A DNA stretch of 60,563 bases, from NCBI GenBank assembly GCA_964624785.1, contig CAZUXR010000003.1, positions 1 to 60,563 of the forward strand, in the 5' to 3' direction. This document shows, piece by piece, positions 48,044-56,920 of this stretch (position 1 is the stretch's first letter; the number at the start of each line of letters is the position of its first letter). The notes under the pieces were generated by a model that was given only the letters and a program-made list of their open reading frames with translations, ran no database searches and had not been told where the DNA came from. The DNA comes from an uncultured Candidatus Saccharibacteria bacterium (GTDB lineage: Bacteria > Patescibacteriota > Saccharimonadia > Saccharimonadales > UBA10212). Made by a program: the position numbers and the translations under genes.

Positions 48044-48210
48044 ACAACCTACGCACCACGCCTTCCCAGATCGAAATAAATCTGACCTTGTAACCCGTTC
48101 TTGGCACCCAGCACATTTTTCTCCTGCGATCCTCGCCAGCGGTACCACTTGTACAGCTGGCTCCGGTTCTCGGCGAGAAAATGCACTGGGCACTCAAGTG
48201 CGGAGGTTGT
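48044..48210. mobile_element. MITE-like palindromic element
   Basis: Terminal IRs ACAACCTACGCAC / GTGCGGAGGTTGT (12 of 13 match) plus a nested internal hairpin. Confidence 0.5.
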
Positions 48211-48255
48211 GTTCATACCCTGAATTATACCAAAAACACTTATGGTTATTGGTTT

Positions 48256-48963
48256 TTAGTTTTGGTGGTTTTTTCTTTTTAAAGCTAGCGGCGCGATTCC
48301 AAAAGAAAGAACCAGCGCGTAAATTACAGCAAATCCGCACATAATGCTGGGCAAGGCTTGTATGGTACTGGGGTCGGCAGCGTTAACTAGCCCTGTTGGT
48401 AGTAAAAAACTTAAATAACCAAATGCTTGGTAAATGAGTGCTTGGCGAATTTTTATGCTGGCGCTAATGCTCAAATGCAGACTCAAGAAAATCCCAAGTA
48501 TCAGCCAAAAGTAGTAATAGGCCAAAAACATTCCGCCAAGCCGCGGCGCAAGGTGGAATATATCGTAATTACCGGCGCAGATGTAACTATTGAAGGCCGA
48601 AGCGTGCAGCCCAAAAGTCAGCACAAAGCCAAATCCTGTTAAATATGCCAGCCATACCAGTATATTTGGGACTTTTTTAGAGAGCACTTGAATTGTGTGA
48701 ATGCCAAGCGGTGGCAACATAGTAATTGCAATAAACCCAAGTCGTGAAAAACCGCCAATATGTGCCGGCGATCCTTGGCATACCTGGTATTCGGCTAGCT
48801 GGAATACCGCCAATAAGGTGATCTCAGCCGCTACCAAACGCGCCAGAGTGTTCATTTTGTAGCGAGCAATTGTATATACAACCAAAACAACTTCGATAAT
48901 AAAAGTAACAATCATCGCCGCAGGCGAAAAACAAAACAGTTTATTTTGGTATTTTTTAAACAA
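48256..48963 (-). CDS. Hypothetical 7-TM membrane protein
   Basis: CFSP, FQLAEY..C, PPLG.H, PSIMCGFA; about 7 TMs. Confidence 0.75.
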   Translation of the reverse strand: MFKKYQNKLFCFSPAAMIVTFIIEVVLVVYTIARYKMNTLARLVAAEITLLAVFQLAEYQVCQGSPAHIGGFSRLGFIAITMLPPLGIHTIQVLSKKVPNILVWLAYLTGFGFVLTFGLHASAFNSYICAGNYDIFHLAPRLGGMFLAYYYFWLILGIFLSLHLSISASIKIRQALIYQAFGYLSFLLPTGLVNAADPSTIQALPSIMCGFAVIYALVLSFGIAPLALKRKNHQN

Positions 48964-49095
48964 GTTAAACCCGCCTATCTATTAAACACAAGTATAGCAG
49001 AAAGCTGAGTAGATAAGCACAATCCTGACTAGGGAGCGAGTAGTCTATATAGACAAAAGGGGACAGTCCTCTAACAGATGGGGAAAATGTGATTT

Positions 49096-49172
49096 TGGTG
49101 CCCCGGGTAGGAATCGAACCTACGACCTGTGGGATAGAAGCCCATTGCTCTAATCCGCTGAGCTACCGGGGC
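49096..49172 (-). tRNA. tRNA-Arg(UCU)
   Basis: GCCCCGG...; loop CT-TCT-AT; GTTCGA; CCA. Confidence 0.95.
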
Positions 49173-49321
49173 ACGCTTTTGCGAACGCGCAAAAGCAATT
49201 ATCAATTTTCAATTCACAATTTTCAATGATGGAACTTGTTATTTTTCAAAAGCCACGGCCTTTTGTCCAAAAATGATAAATGTAAACCGATAAATGCGAA
49301 TTGCTTTGCCTATGCAAAGCG

Positions 49322-49396
49322 TGGTGCGGGATACCAGAGTCGAACTGGTCTCTCGAGTTTGGAAAACTCACATATTAACCGATATACGAATCCCGC
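49322..49396 (-). tRNA. tRNA-Gly(UCC)
   Basis: GCGGGAT...; loop TT-TCC-AA; GTTCGA; CCA. Confidence 0.93.
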
Positions 49397-49465
49397 GCGA
49401 CAATCTTACGCAACAGAGGTGATTATAGCACTATTTATAAATTACGAACAATTTTCTGCATGCAT

Positions 49466-51754
49466 TTAAAGCTGCGGACGGATTTCATTTAGCGCCTGGT
49501 TAACAGTTTCTACTGCAACGCCGCTTTGTTTGATGTAGTTAAGTTCTGCGTTTAGATCGCTTGGCTGCGTGGTATACAGGGCGTCAGTTGGATCGCTAGG
49601 AGTGGTAGCGATCTCGTGATAAACAAGAATCAACCAGCCTTTTTGGGCGATTGCTGCTTGCACCCAGCCCTGGACTTGCGCCTGGCTTATGTTGCTGTCG
49701 ACTTCGTAGATTTTTAGAGTAGTTATGTCGAAGTTGTCTTTAGTATTGATGCCGCCGTTAACTGTTCGTTGGCTTTGGTAATATTGTTTGCCAACTGTGA
49801 TGGTGTTAGCGTTGTAGGCTCCGAATGGATAGGCGAAATCTGTGACAGGTGTTCCCAGGGCATTCTGCAAGGTTGCTTGGCTTTGGCTCATCTCGTTAAC
49901 CAAATTGGCCTGCGACAAGGTAGTTAGGTCCGGATGAGTCACAGAATGTGAGCCAATCTCGTTACCAGCTGCTTGCAAGTTTTTAACTTGAGCTAGGCTC
50001 ATGTAGTCGGGCTGGTAAGTTAGTTCGCCAGATATAATGTAGAATGTTCCATTTAATCCATACTGCTTAAGTAGAGGGAAGGCGTTGGTGTATTGGTTAG
50101 CCCATCCATCGTCGAAGGTTACGCTAACAATCCCACGGTTGAATGGCACAGGAGTGTACTCGCTCAAGGAGTAATCGTCGCTAACTATATAGCCTGGTTT
50201 TGCAAGTATTTGGTATATTGATACGCTTTTGGCGCCAGCCGGAGCCATAAAGGTGGTGCTGAATTTTGTCCAGTTGGTGTTGGCAAGAACGGTGCCAAGC
50301 CAGTAATACTGAACGGTGCCGTCGGCCATGGTTACGCCAGCATCTACCTCTGTGTCGACATTGGACTGGTACCAGTTTTCGTATTTATAAGTTTTACCAG
50401 CGATTGCGGGAACATCTGCGTAGTACCAGTTTGCAGCGCCGTTAGTATAGCTGGTGATCTCTGTTTTAACGCTGTGAGTGCCGGTGTGGCCAGTGTTTAG
50501 GTAGGTGAATGCAGCGGTGTTGGTGCCCCAATTGCTGGTTAGCCAGTTTTGTGGAGCGGTTCCGTTAGCCGTTTCAAAAGAAGGGTTAGGAATTAGGTTT
50601 GGCAAAGCAGGCGGAGGAGTTACAACATTTTGGACATTTACGGTCGAAGTTGCAGTAGTCATGAGTCCGCTGGCATTACGAGCGGTAGCAGTCAGTGTGT
50701 GCGTGCCATTTACCGCGCTTGTGGTGTCCCAGTTTACTGAATAAGGTGCGGCTGTATCTTCGGCTCCCAGGTTGACATTGTCTAATTTGAACTGCACCCC
50801 AGCCACGCTTGCGGCATCACTAGCAGTGGCACTTACTGCTTGGGCATTACCGCTCACGGTAGTGCCGTTAACAGGCGTGGTTATAGTAACCGTAGGTGCG
50901 GTTGGGGGTGCTACATTCTGCACATTAACCGCTGTAGTTGCGGTAGAAGTCAGTCCACTAGCGTTTCTGGCGGTAGCCGTAAGCGTGTGAGTACCATTTG
51001 TAGTTGTTTTTGTATCCCAGCTGACTGAGTACGGAGCAGTTGTATCTTCGGTGCCAAGATTAGCTCCATCTAGCTTGAATTGTACGCCGGCCACACTTGC
51101 GGCATCGTTGGCTGTTGCTGTCACCGCCTGAGTGCCGCTAATAGTTGAATTGGCCGCTGGACTAGTGATTGCAACTGTTGGCGCAGTTGGCGGGGTGGTA
51201 GTTGTAGTTGCATCTGCCAAACTAAAGTCGTCGGTTTGAAGCCAACCAACCTTATTGATAACATGGAATATAGAAAGCGACTTTACGTTTGCAGGAGTAG
51301 TAAAGTCAAACGACTTAGCTTGCCAGGTTGTAGTATTGGCAGTGGCGCCGCCTAGCCACACGTAAGACAAATTGCCAGCCGTGTCGGTATATTCAATATC
51401 TATCTCGGTAGCTACATTAGATTTATAAAACTCGCTGTAAGTATATTTTTTGCCGGGCGTAACTGCTAACGAGCTAAAATTCCACTTAGCATCACCGCTG
51501 GTACGCTTGGTCATATTTATATACAGACTTTTTGTGCCAGTGTGACCCTCAGTTGTTTTGTATGTAAAAGCTGTAGTGTTTGTGCCCCATTTGTCCTGGT
51601 TCCAGCTTAGCGGCAGGGTTCCAGACGTGTTAGCCGATTCCACAGAAGGGTTAGCTAGTATATTAGTGCCAAGAGCACTAACTAGGCCTAAAGGAGCTAA
51701 TCCAGATAAAACTACTATTGTTGATGCGGCCGCAAGGGCAAGCTTTTTAATCAT
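49466..51754 (-). CDS. Secreted polysaccharide deacetylase (NodB/CE4) with two CBM-like and two Ig-like domains
   Basis: Signal peptide; two NPS.E domains; two VAGVQFKLD..NLG.EDT.APY Ig repeats; TFDDG, HSVTH, AYPFG, LVYH; start set at ATG 51754. Confidence 0.9.
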   Translation of the reverse strand: MIKKLALAAASTIVVLSGLAPLGLVSALGTNILANPSVESANTSGTLPLSWNQDKWGTNTTAFTYKTTEGHTGTKSLYINMTKRTSGDAKWNFSSLAVTPGKKYTYSEFYKSNVATEIDIEYTDTAGNLSYVWLGGATANTTTWQAKSFDFTTPANVKSLSIFHVINKVGWLQTDDFSLADATTTTTPPTAPTVAITSPAANSTISGTQAVTATANDAASVAGVQFKLDGANLGTEDTTAPYSVSWDTKTTTNGTHTLTATARNASGLTSTATTAVNVQNVAPPTAPTVTITTPVNGTTVSGNAQAVSATASDAASVAGVQFKLDNVNLGAEDTAAPYSVNWDTTSAVNGTHTLTATARNASGLMTTATSTVNVQNVVTPPPALPNLIPNPSFETANGTAPQNWLTSNWGTNTAAFTYLNTGHTGTHSVKTEITSYTNGAANWYYADVPAIAGKTYKYENWYQSNVDTEVDAGVTMADGTVQYYWLGTVLANTNWTKFSTTFMAPAGAKSVSIYQILAKPGYIVSDDYSLSEYTPVPFNRGIVSVTFDDGWANQYTNAFPLLKQYGLNGTFYIISGELTYQPDYMSLAQVKNLQAAGNEIGSHSVTHPDLTTLSQANLVNEMSQSQATLQNALGTPVTDFAYPFGAYNANTITVGKQYYQSQRTVNGGINTKDNFDITTLKIYEVDSNISQAQVQGWVQAAIAQKGWLILVYHEIATTPSDPTDALYTTQPSDLNAELNYIKQSGVAVETVNQALNEIRPQL

Positions 51755-51916
51755 TTGTACGTCCTTCTTGGTCCACCCATTCACATGTTTCTAATGATAT
51801 TCTACAACTTATAACATACTCTTGTCAAGGATTCTGAAAATATCTACAGATCAAAGCATAAGCAAAAAATACACAACATACAACATTGCCAAACATACAA
51901 AAATATAATATAAGGC

Positions 51917-51943
51917 TTGACAGAAAAGCCAACATAGTATAAT
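51917..51943 (+). promoter_or_regulatory. Promoter of the LPXTG-peptide / deacetylase / GT2 unit
   Basis: TTGACA and TATAAT hexamers 15 nt apart (17 nt to the alternative TAATAT). Confidence 0.55.
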
Positions 51944-51988
51944 ATACTTACAGTTCAATAATGTTAAGGGTGGAAAGAGGAAATACTT

Positions 51989-52150
51989 ATGAGTGGACAA
52001 GGAAAAGTTCTAGGTGCTACAACTTCTAGCGTTGTTGCTGGTGCCGCAGTACTGCCTAACACAGGTGGTAACATGGTTATCACATTAGCTGTTTCTCTCG
52101 CTGCCGGCCTGGTAGCTTGGGGCACACTATACGCCTACGCTAACCGTTAA
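51989..52150 (+). CDS. 53-aa LPXTG-motif micro-protein
   Basis: MSGQGKVLGATTSSVVAGAAVLPNTGGNMVITLAVSLAAGLVAWGTLYAYANR; SD GAGG; LPNTG followed by a TM helix. Confidence 0.8.
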   Translation: MSGQGKVLGATTSSVVAGAAVLPNTGGNMVITLAVSLAAGLVAWGTLYAYANR

Positions 52151-52193
52151 AGTTAGCTTAAAGCACAATTACCGACATTAAGTGGGAAAGACT

Positions 52194-53093
52194 ATGAATA
52201 AGAAGAAGCTTACAAAAGCCAAACAAAAAATAGTCAAAACACTGGTGTCGGTTTTTGTTTTGGCGATAGTTTTTGCTCCGTCGCTACTGACTGTAAAGTG
52301 GGCAATAGGGGTGATTGGTGGCAATGATTCCCGCAAGACAGTCAAAGTAGAGGCGTCACAAACCCGCTTGGCAGATAAAACCGCTGAACCCATAAGACCG
52401 TTTGATCAGCCGCTGGTTAGCGTGACCTTTGACGACGGATGGGGATCAGTCTATACGCGGGCTCTGCCAGTTCTACAGCAAAACGGCATTCACACAACCC
52501 AATATGTTATAACAGATACATTTAATCAACCGTCTTATATGTCAGTTAAGCAGCTTAAATCTATGCAATCTGCTGGCCACGAAATTGCCGCTCATACTAT
52601 TACGCACCCAGACCTTACAATGCTCGATGATAAACAACTCGACCATGAGCTCAGTGGTTCGCAGCAGACAATAACTAAAGATTTTGGTCTGACCAAAGAC
52701 TTTACATCTCCGTACGGTGCCTATAATGCCCACACCCTGAGCGAAATTAGCAAGTATTACCGTTCGCAAAAAAATGCTGAAGGCGACCCAGCTGCCAATG
52801 CGCTGGGCAACATAAATATTAAAAGCAGCTTTAATGCGCTTAATCTCAAGTCATATTCGGTTCGCAAATCTACAACAGTTTATGACCTGCAGAAGTTGTT
52901 AGATGAAGCAAAAGCTCGCAACGGTTGGCTAATTTTAACTTACCACCAAGTGGATTATAGCAATGAAGAGTATAGTGTTAACCCTAAAGATTTCGCCGAC
53001 CAGATGAAGTTCATTGGATCGGATAAAACCCGCAGCGCAACAGTCGGCCAAGTATTGGATTCTATTGCTGCTAGCCAAAAAAGGAGTAATTAA
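52194..53093 (+). CDS. Membrane-anchored polysaccharide deacetylase (NodB/CE4)
   Basis: TFDDG, HTITH, SPYG, LTYH; N-terminal TM. Confidence 0.9.
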   Translation: MNKKKLTKAKQKIVKTLVSVFVLAIVFAPSLLTVKWAIGVIGGNDSRKTVKVEASQTRLADKTAEPIRPFDQPLVSVTFDDGWGSVYTRALPVLQQNGIHTTQYVITDTFNQPSYMSVKQLKSMQSAGHEIAAHTITHPDLTMLDDKQLDHELSGSQQTITKDFGLTKDFTSPYGAYNAHTLSEISKYYRSQKNAEGDPAANALGNINIKSSFNALNLKSYSVRKSTTVYDLQKLLDEAKARNGWLILTYHQVDYSNEEYSVNPKDFADQMKFIGSDKTRSATVGQVLDSIAASQKRSN

Positions 53094-53094
53094 T

Positions 53095-54366
53095 ATGAAA
53101 ACCATTAGACCCCTAAAATATGCTATAAATTACGCCAACAGGAAAACTCAGTGGCATGGCCGTCCAGTAATCGCTCCTCTAAATAGGAATACATACTTCA
53201 TTACTAAAAAAAGAGCACATGCAGCCGTGGCTAAGATTATGGTTCCCGTAAATCCGTCAAAGCATATAACTCAGGCAACTCCACGAGCCTTGGGCAATAA
53301 ATCTAAACCTTTGATCGCGCTGTTGATCGCTGCGCATAATGAGGAAATCGTTTTGGGTAGAACCATCCAATCTGCGATTGATGCCGGTATGTCATTGCAG
53401 GACATTTATGTAGTGGATGACAATTCGAGTGATGCCACAAGCGAAGTTGCTAAGGCAATTTTGCCATCCGAAAATGTTATAAAAGTTGAGCGCAGCGGTA
53501 AAGGTCTAGCGCTAACAAAAGGTTCAAAAAAGTTTGAATTAACAAAACGCTACCGTTGGATTCACATTGCCGACGCCGACGGTGCATTTGCTCCGGATTA
53601 CTTTACGATCTTCCGCCGTGAACTGCGCATAAAAAATGCTGCCGCTACTGGGTATATCCGTAGTTTACCTGGCAAGCGTGTCAGTGAATATAGAGTGTTT
53701 GAATACACTATTGGCATGGAAATTCACCGCCGACTGCAAACTATGCTCAACGTTGTTCCAGTTATACCTGGTCCGACTTCTTGCTTTCGTGCTGATGTTT
53801 TTGAAAAAGTTAACTTTGATAACAAATCGTTAACCGAGGATTTTGACGTAACTATGCAGCTTCACCGGAAGAAGCTTGGTACAGTGCAATTTATTCCAGG
53901 TGCCATTGCATACACCCAAGATCCTAAAACCATCAGGGATTACACTAAACAGATTACCCGCTGGAACCGCGGCGGCTTGCAGAGTATGATTCGCCACAAA
54001 ATAGGTCGCAAGGCTACTCCAATCGATGCGTATTTGTCCTACCAAATAATGCAAAACCTGCTTTTCTTTGTTAGTTATCTAGTGTGGGTTCCTTATTTGA
54101 CCATCACTCGCCATACTTCGGCGGCTCTTGCTATGGCTTTTGTAGTCGATGTGTTCGTGACATTTATTATCAACTTTATGGCTGCTGCTCGTTCCAAGCG
54201 CTGGGATGTTATCAGTGCTTTTCCCCAGGTGTATATGATCAGATGGATAAGCCTAGGTGTATTCTTAAAAGCATTTGTAGAAGTAGTTATCTTGCGCAAA
54301 TTTCGCAATACCGATGGATTGTGGGAAAACCGCAGCGACCGTCGCTATATAATGGAAACTGCTTAA
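53095..54366 (+). CDS. Processive GT2 glycosyltransferase (IcaA/PgaC/cellulose-synthase-like)
   Basis: AAHNEE, DDNSSD, DAD, TEDFD, QITRW; C-terminal TMs; SD AAGGAG before ATG 53095. Confidence 0.9.
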   Translation: MKTIRPLKYAINYANRKTQWHGRPVIAPLNRNTYFITKKRAHAAVAKIMVPVNPSKHITQATPRALGNKSKPLIALLIAAHNEEIVLGRTIQSAIDAGMSLQDIYVVDDNSSDATSEVAKAILPSENVIKVERSGKGLALTKGSKKFELTKRYRWIHIADADGAFAPDYFTIFRRELRIKNAAATGYIRSLPGKRVSEYRVFEYTIGMEIHRRLQTMLNVVPVIPGPTSCFRADVFEKVNFDNKSLTEDFDVTMQLHRKKLGTVQFIPGAIAYTQDPKTIRDYTKQITRWNRGGLQSMIRHKIGRKATPIDAYLSYQIMQNLLFFVSYLVWVPYLTITRHTSAALAMAFVVDVFVTFIINFMAAARSKRWDVISAFPQVYMIRWISLGVFLKAFVEVVILRKFRNTDGLWENRSDRRYIMETA

Positions 54367-55145
54367 AACAAGCTTTTTAGGTCGGTCCAGAACGAGGATC
54401 CTTGGCTGGGCAACTTGCTGCCTTGGGCATTGGTTGGTAGCATAGCGGCTTGGGTGGCGTCGTGGTTGTTGCTCACAGCTGGGATTATCTGCTGAGCCTG
54501 GATTACAAGTCGCTTAGAACTTGTTCCGACAGGGGTGCATGTTAAGAGGGTTAACATATGATTGCTACTTTGGTTAAGCACGGATAGATCGGTTGGCTGC
54601 ACGATTTTTGTATTATAAACCCTGTAGATATAACGAGTGCCCTGGTATTCCAGATAAATTCTGTCTTCTATCTTCACTTTGTCTAGCAGTGTAAAGATAA
54701 ATTTATAATTTCCTGGCGCCCACCATTGACCGCTTGAATGCCCAAAAATCACTACGTTTCCAGTCTGGCCTGGGTTGGCGGTGTTAGGGTAATGGACTAC
54801 TCCATTGTGAAGCGCTTTCTGGAAAGTACCCTCGTTAATAGTGGTTTGATCAAATATAACAGGAGCAGTGACCTTAATGCTATTAATTATAAGTTTTGGC
54901 GGAGCATTTTTATCTGTTGATGCGGCGGCAACCTGATTGTCCTGCACGGTCTTTTGGCCGTTGTGGTCATTGAGGTAATATGCAATCCTGCCCGATAGCA
55001 GTTGAGAGTTAAAAAATCCAAAAACTAAAACCGCTACCAATAGTCCACCTAGCGGCGGTATGACATGTTTTTTGAACTTTAGGCTTACGCGAGTTCCAGC
55101 TAGCTCTGGTTTTTTTGATTTATTTTTCTTTTTTGTTCTGACCAT
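54363..55145 (-). CDS. Sortase
   Basis: N-terminal TM; GHSS, TLLTC, KRL catalytic His/Cys/Arg. Confidence 0.92.
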   Translation of the reverse strand: MVRTKKKNKSKKPELAGTRVSLKFKKHVIPPLGGLLVAVLVFGFFNSQLLSGRIAYYLNDHNGQKTVQDNQVAAASTDKNAPPKLIINSIKVTAPVIFDQTTINEGTFQKALHNGVVHYPNTANPGQTGNVVIFGHSSGQWWAPGNYKFIFTLLDKVKIEDRIYLEYQGTRYIYRVYNTKIVQPTDLSVLNQSSNHMLTLLTCTPVGTSSKRLVIQAQQIIPAVSNNHDATQAAMLPTNAQGSKLPSQGSSFWTDLKSLF

Positions 55146-55183
55146 CCTGCTATTGATTATACATACTGGTAGCTAAAAAATAT

Positions 55184-56707
55184 CTAGAGTTCGTGGATTA
55201 CGCTTATTCGGGCGCCAAGGCTGTTTAGGCGGTCGGCCAAATCTTCGTAACCGCGGTTGATGGTATAAACGTTGCGCAGCATCGACGTTCCTGGGGATGC
55301 AAGCATGCCAATTAAAAGCAGTACCGCCGGCCGCAAACCGCTGGGCGCAACAATGTCGGCGGCCCGCCAATCGGTTGGACCGTCGATAAATACGCGGTGC
55401 GGGTCGGCTAACTCTAGTTTGACCCCGATCTTCTTCATTTCCGTATACATCAAGGCACGATCTTCATAAACCCAATCGTGAATTAGCGTGCGTCCGCGGG
55501 AAACGGCACAAATTGGAACAAAATACGGTAAATTATCTATGTTTAGCCCAGGGAAGGGACGTCCGTAAAGTTTTTCTTCCGGAGCAGTTAATTTGCCGTT
55601 GTGCTTGTAGATTATTAAATCTACCAAATCGGTGTGACCGTTATCTGCCTTATAGCTGGGCCCCGAGTTAAATTTAAGTCCCATCTTTTCCAGTTTGAAT
55701 AACTCCAGTTCTACAAAGTCGATCGGCACGCGTTTGATTGTTATAGAAGAGTTAGTGGTAACGGCCGCCGCGATGAAAGTCATTGCTTCTACTGGGTCTT
55801 CGCTCGGGGAATAAGTAACATTTTTCTTAATCGATTTTACGCCGCGTATTCGCAAAGTAGTCGTACCAATTCCATCGATTTTAACGCCAAGTTTTTGCAA
55901 GAAATAACACAAATCTTGAACCATGTAATTTGCGCTCGCCATTTTTATAATAGATTCGCCTTCGAATCCAGCCGCTGCCAATAGAGCGTTTTCTGTTACG
56001 GTGTCGCCAGATTCGTACAAAACAATAGGTTTTTTAGGCAGGTGTTTAGAAACTCTTATACTGTAGTGGCCGTCGTGGGCAATAACATTTGTGCCAAATT
56101 CTTCTAAGGCGTAAATGTGTGGCAGGACTGTCCTGCGGCCGAGTTCGCACCCACCAGCGTATGGCACCTTGAAGTTATCGTAATCATGCATTAACGCACC
56201 TACTAACATGATTACAGCCCGGGTTTTACGAGCGGCGGTTTCGTTTATGGCACCCAGCTTAAGCTTTTCTGGAACTTTAATTTCCAAATCGCTATCGCCA
56301 ACCCAGCGTACATGGACACCTATACTTATCAGGACTTCTATAATTCTATTTAATTCCTCTATTTTTGGAACGCGTTTTAGTCGCGTTGTGCCTTTGTTGA
56401 GCAGGCTGGCGCACAGCAGTGCTACAGCTGCATTTTTAGAAGTTTTAAGCTCGATTTCACCGCGCAAGGGGTGCCCGCCATCTACCCGCAAGTTAACTGC
56501 GCCGCTATTTACGGATATGATTTGTTTATTAAGTACATCGCTAATTCGGCCTAGGGTATCCAAACTTAGGTTTTGATTGCCGTGCTCAATGCGATTAACG
56601 GCCGATTGGCTGGTACCAAGTTTTTTGGCAAATTCGGCCTGAGTAAGGCCACGTTCTTGTCTTATTTTTTGGATTAATAAACCAATTTTTTGATTAGTGG
56701 TATGCAT
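55184..56707 (-). CDS. murA: UDP-GlcNAc enolpyruvyl transferase with N-terminal XRE HTH
   Basis: RQERGLTQAEFAKKLGTSQSAVNRIE HTH; SKNAA, GGCELGRR, TVTEN, PFPG, INRGYE. Confidence 0.9.
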   Translation of the reverse strand: MHTTNQKIGLLIQKIRQERGLTQAEFAKKLGTSQSAVNRIEHGNQNLSLDTLGRISDVLNKQIISVNSGAVNLRVDGGHPLRGEIELKTSKNAAVALLCASLLNKGTTRLKRVPKIEELNRIIEVLISIGVHVRWVGDSDLEIKVPEKLKLGAINETAARKTRAVIMLVGALMHDYDNFKVPYAGGCELGRRTVLPHIYALEEFGTNVIAHDGHYSIRVSKHLPKKPIVLYESGDTVTENALLAAAGFEGESIIKMASANYMVQDLCYFLQKLGVKIDGIGTTTLRIRGVKSIKKNVTYSPSEDPVEAMTFIAAAVTTNSSITIKRVPIDFVELELFKLEKMGLKFNSGPSYKADNGHTDLVDLIIYKHNGKLTAPEEKLYGRPFPGLNIDNLPYFVPICAVSRGRTLIHDWVYEDRALMYTEMKKIGVKLELADPHRVFIDGPTDWRAADIVAPSGLRPAVLLLIGMLASPGTSMLRNVYTINRGYEDLADRLNSLGARISVIHEL

Positions 56708-56801
56708 ATTGGCTAACAAATAATACCACAACCGATATAAATTTAATACAAAACCGATTAACCATTCATTAACCGAATTTGTCTGCCCAAGTAGCTCAAC
56801 A

Positions 56802-56847
56802 AAACCATCAAATAAAATGAGCGATAGGTTATTTTATTTGATGGTTT
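56802..56847. repeat. Perfect 17-bp inverted repeat between divergent murA and glyA
   Basis: AAACCATCAAATAAAAT-12nt-ATTTTATTTGATGGTTT. Confidence 0.8.
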
Positions 56848-56920
56848 GAAATTTCAAAATTACAACTTATGTATGAGAGTTTAGTTGGTACAATTAGATT
56901 AAATAAAGGAGGATAAACTA

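Noticed and set aside
50630..51190. Internal DNA repeat in the large deacetylase
   Set aside because: Explained by two ordinary tandem Ig-like domains
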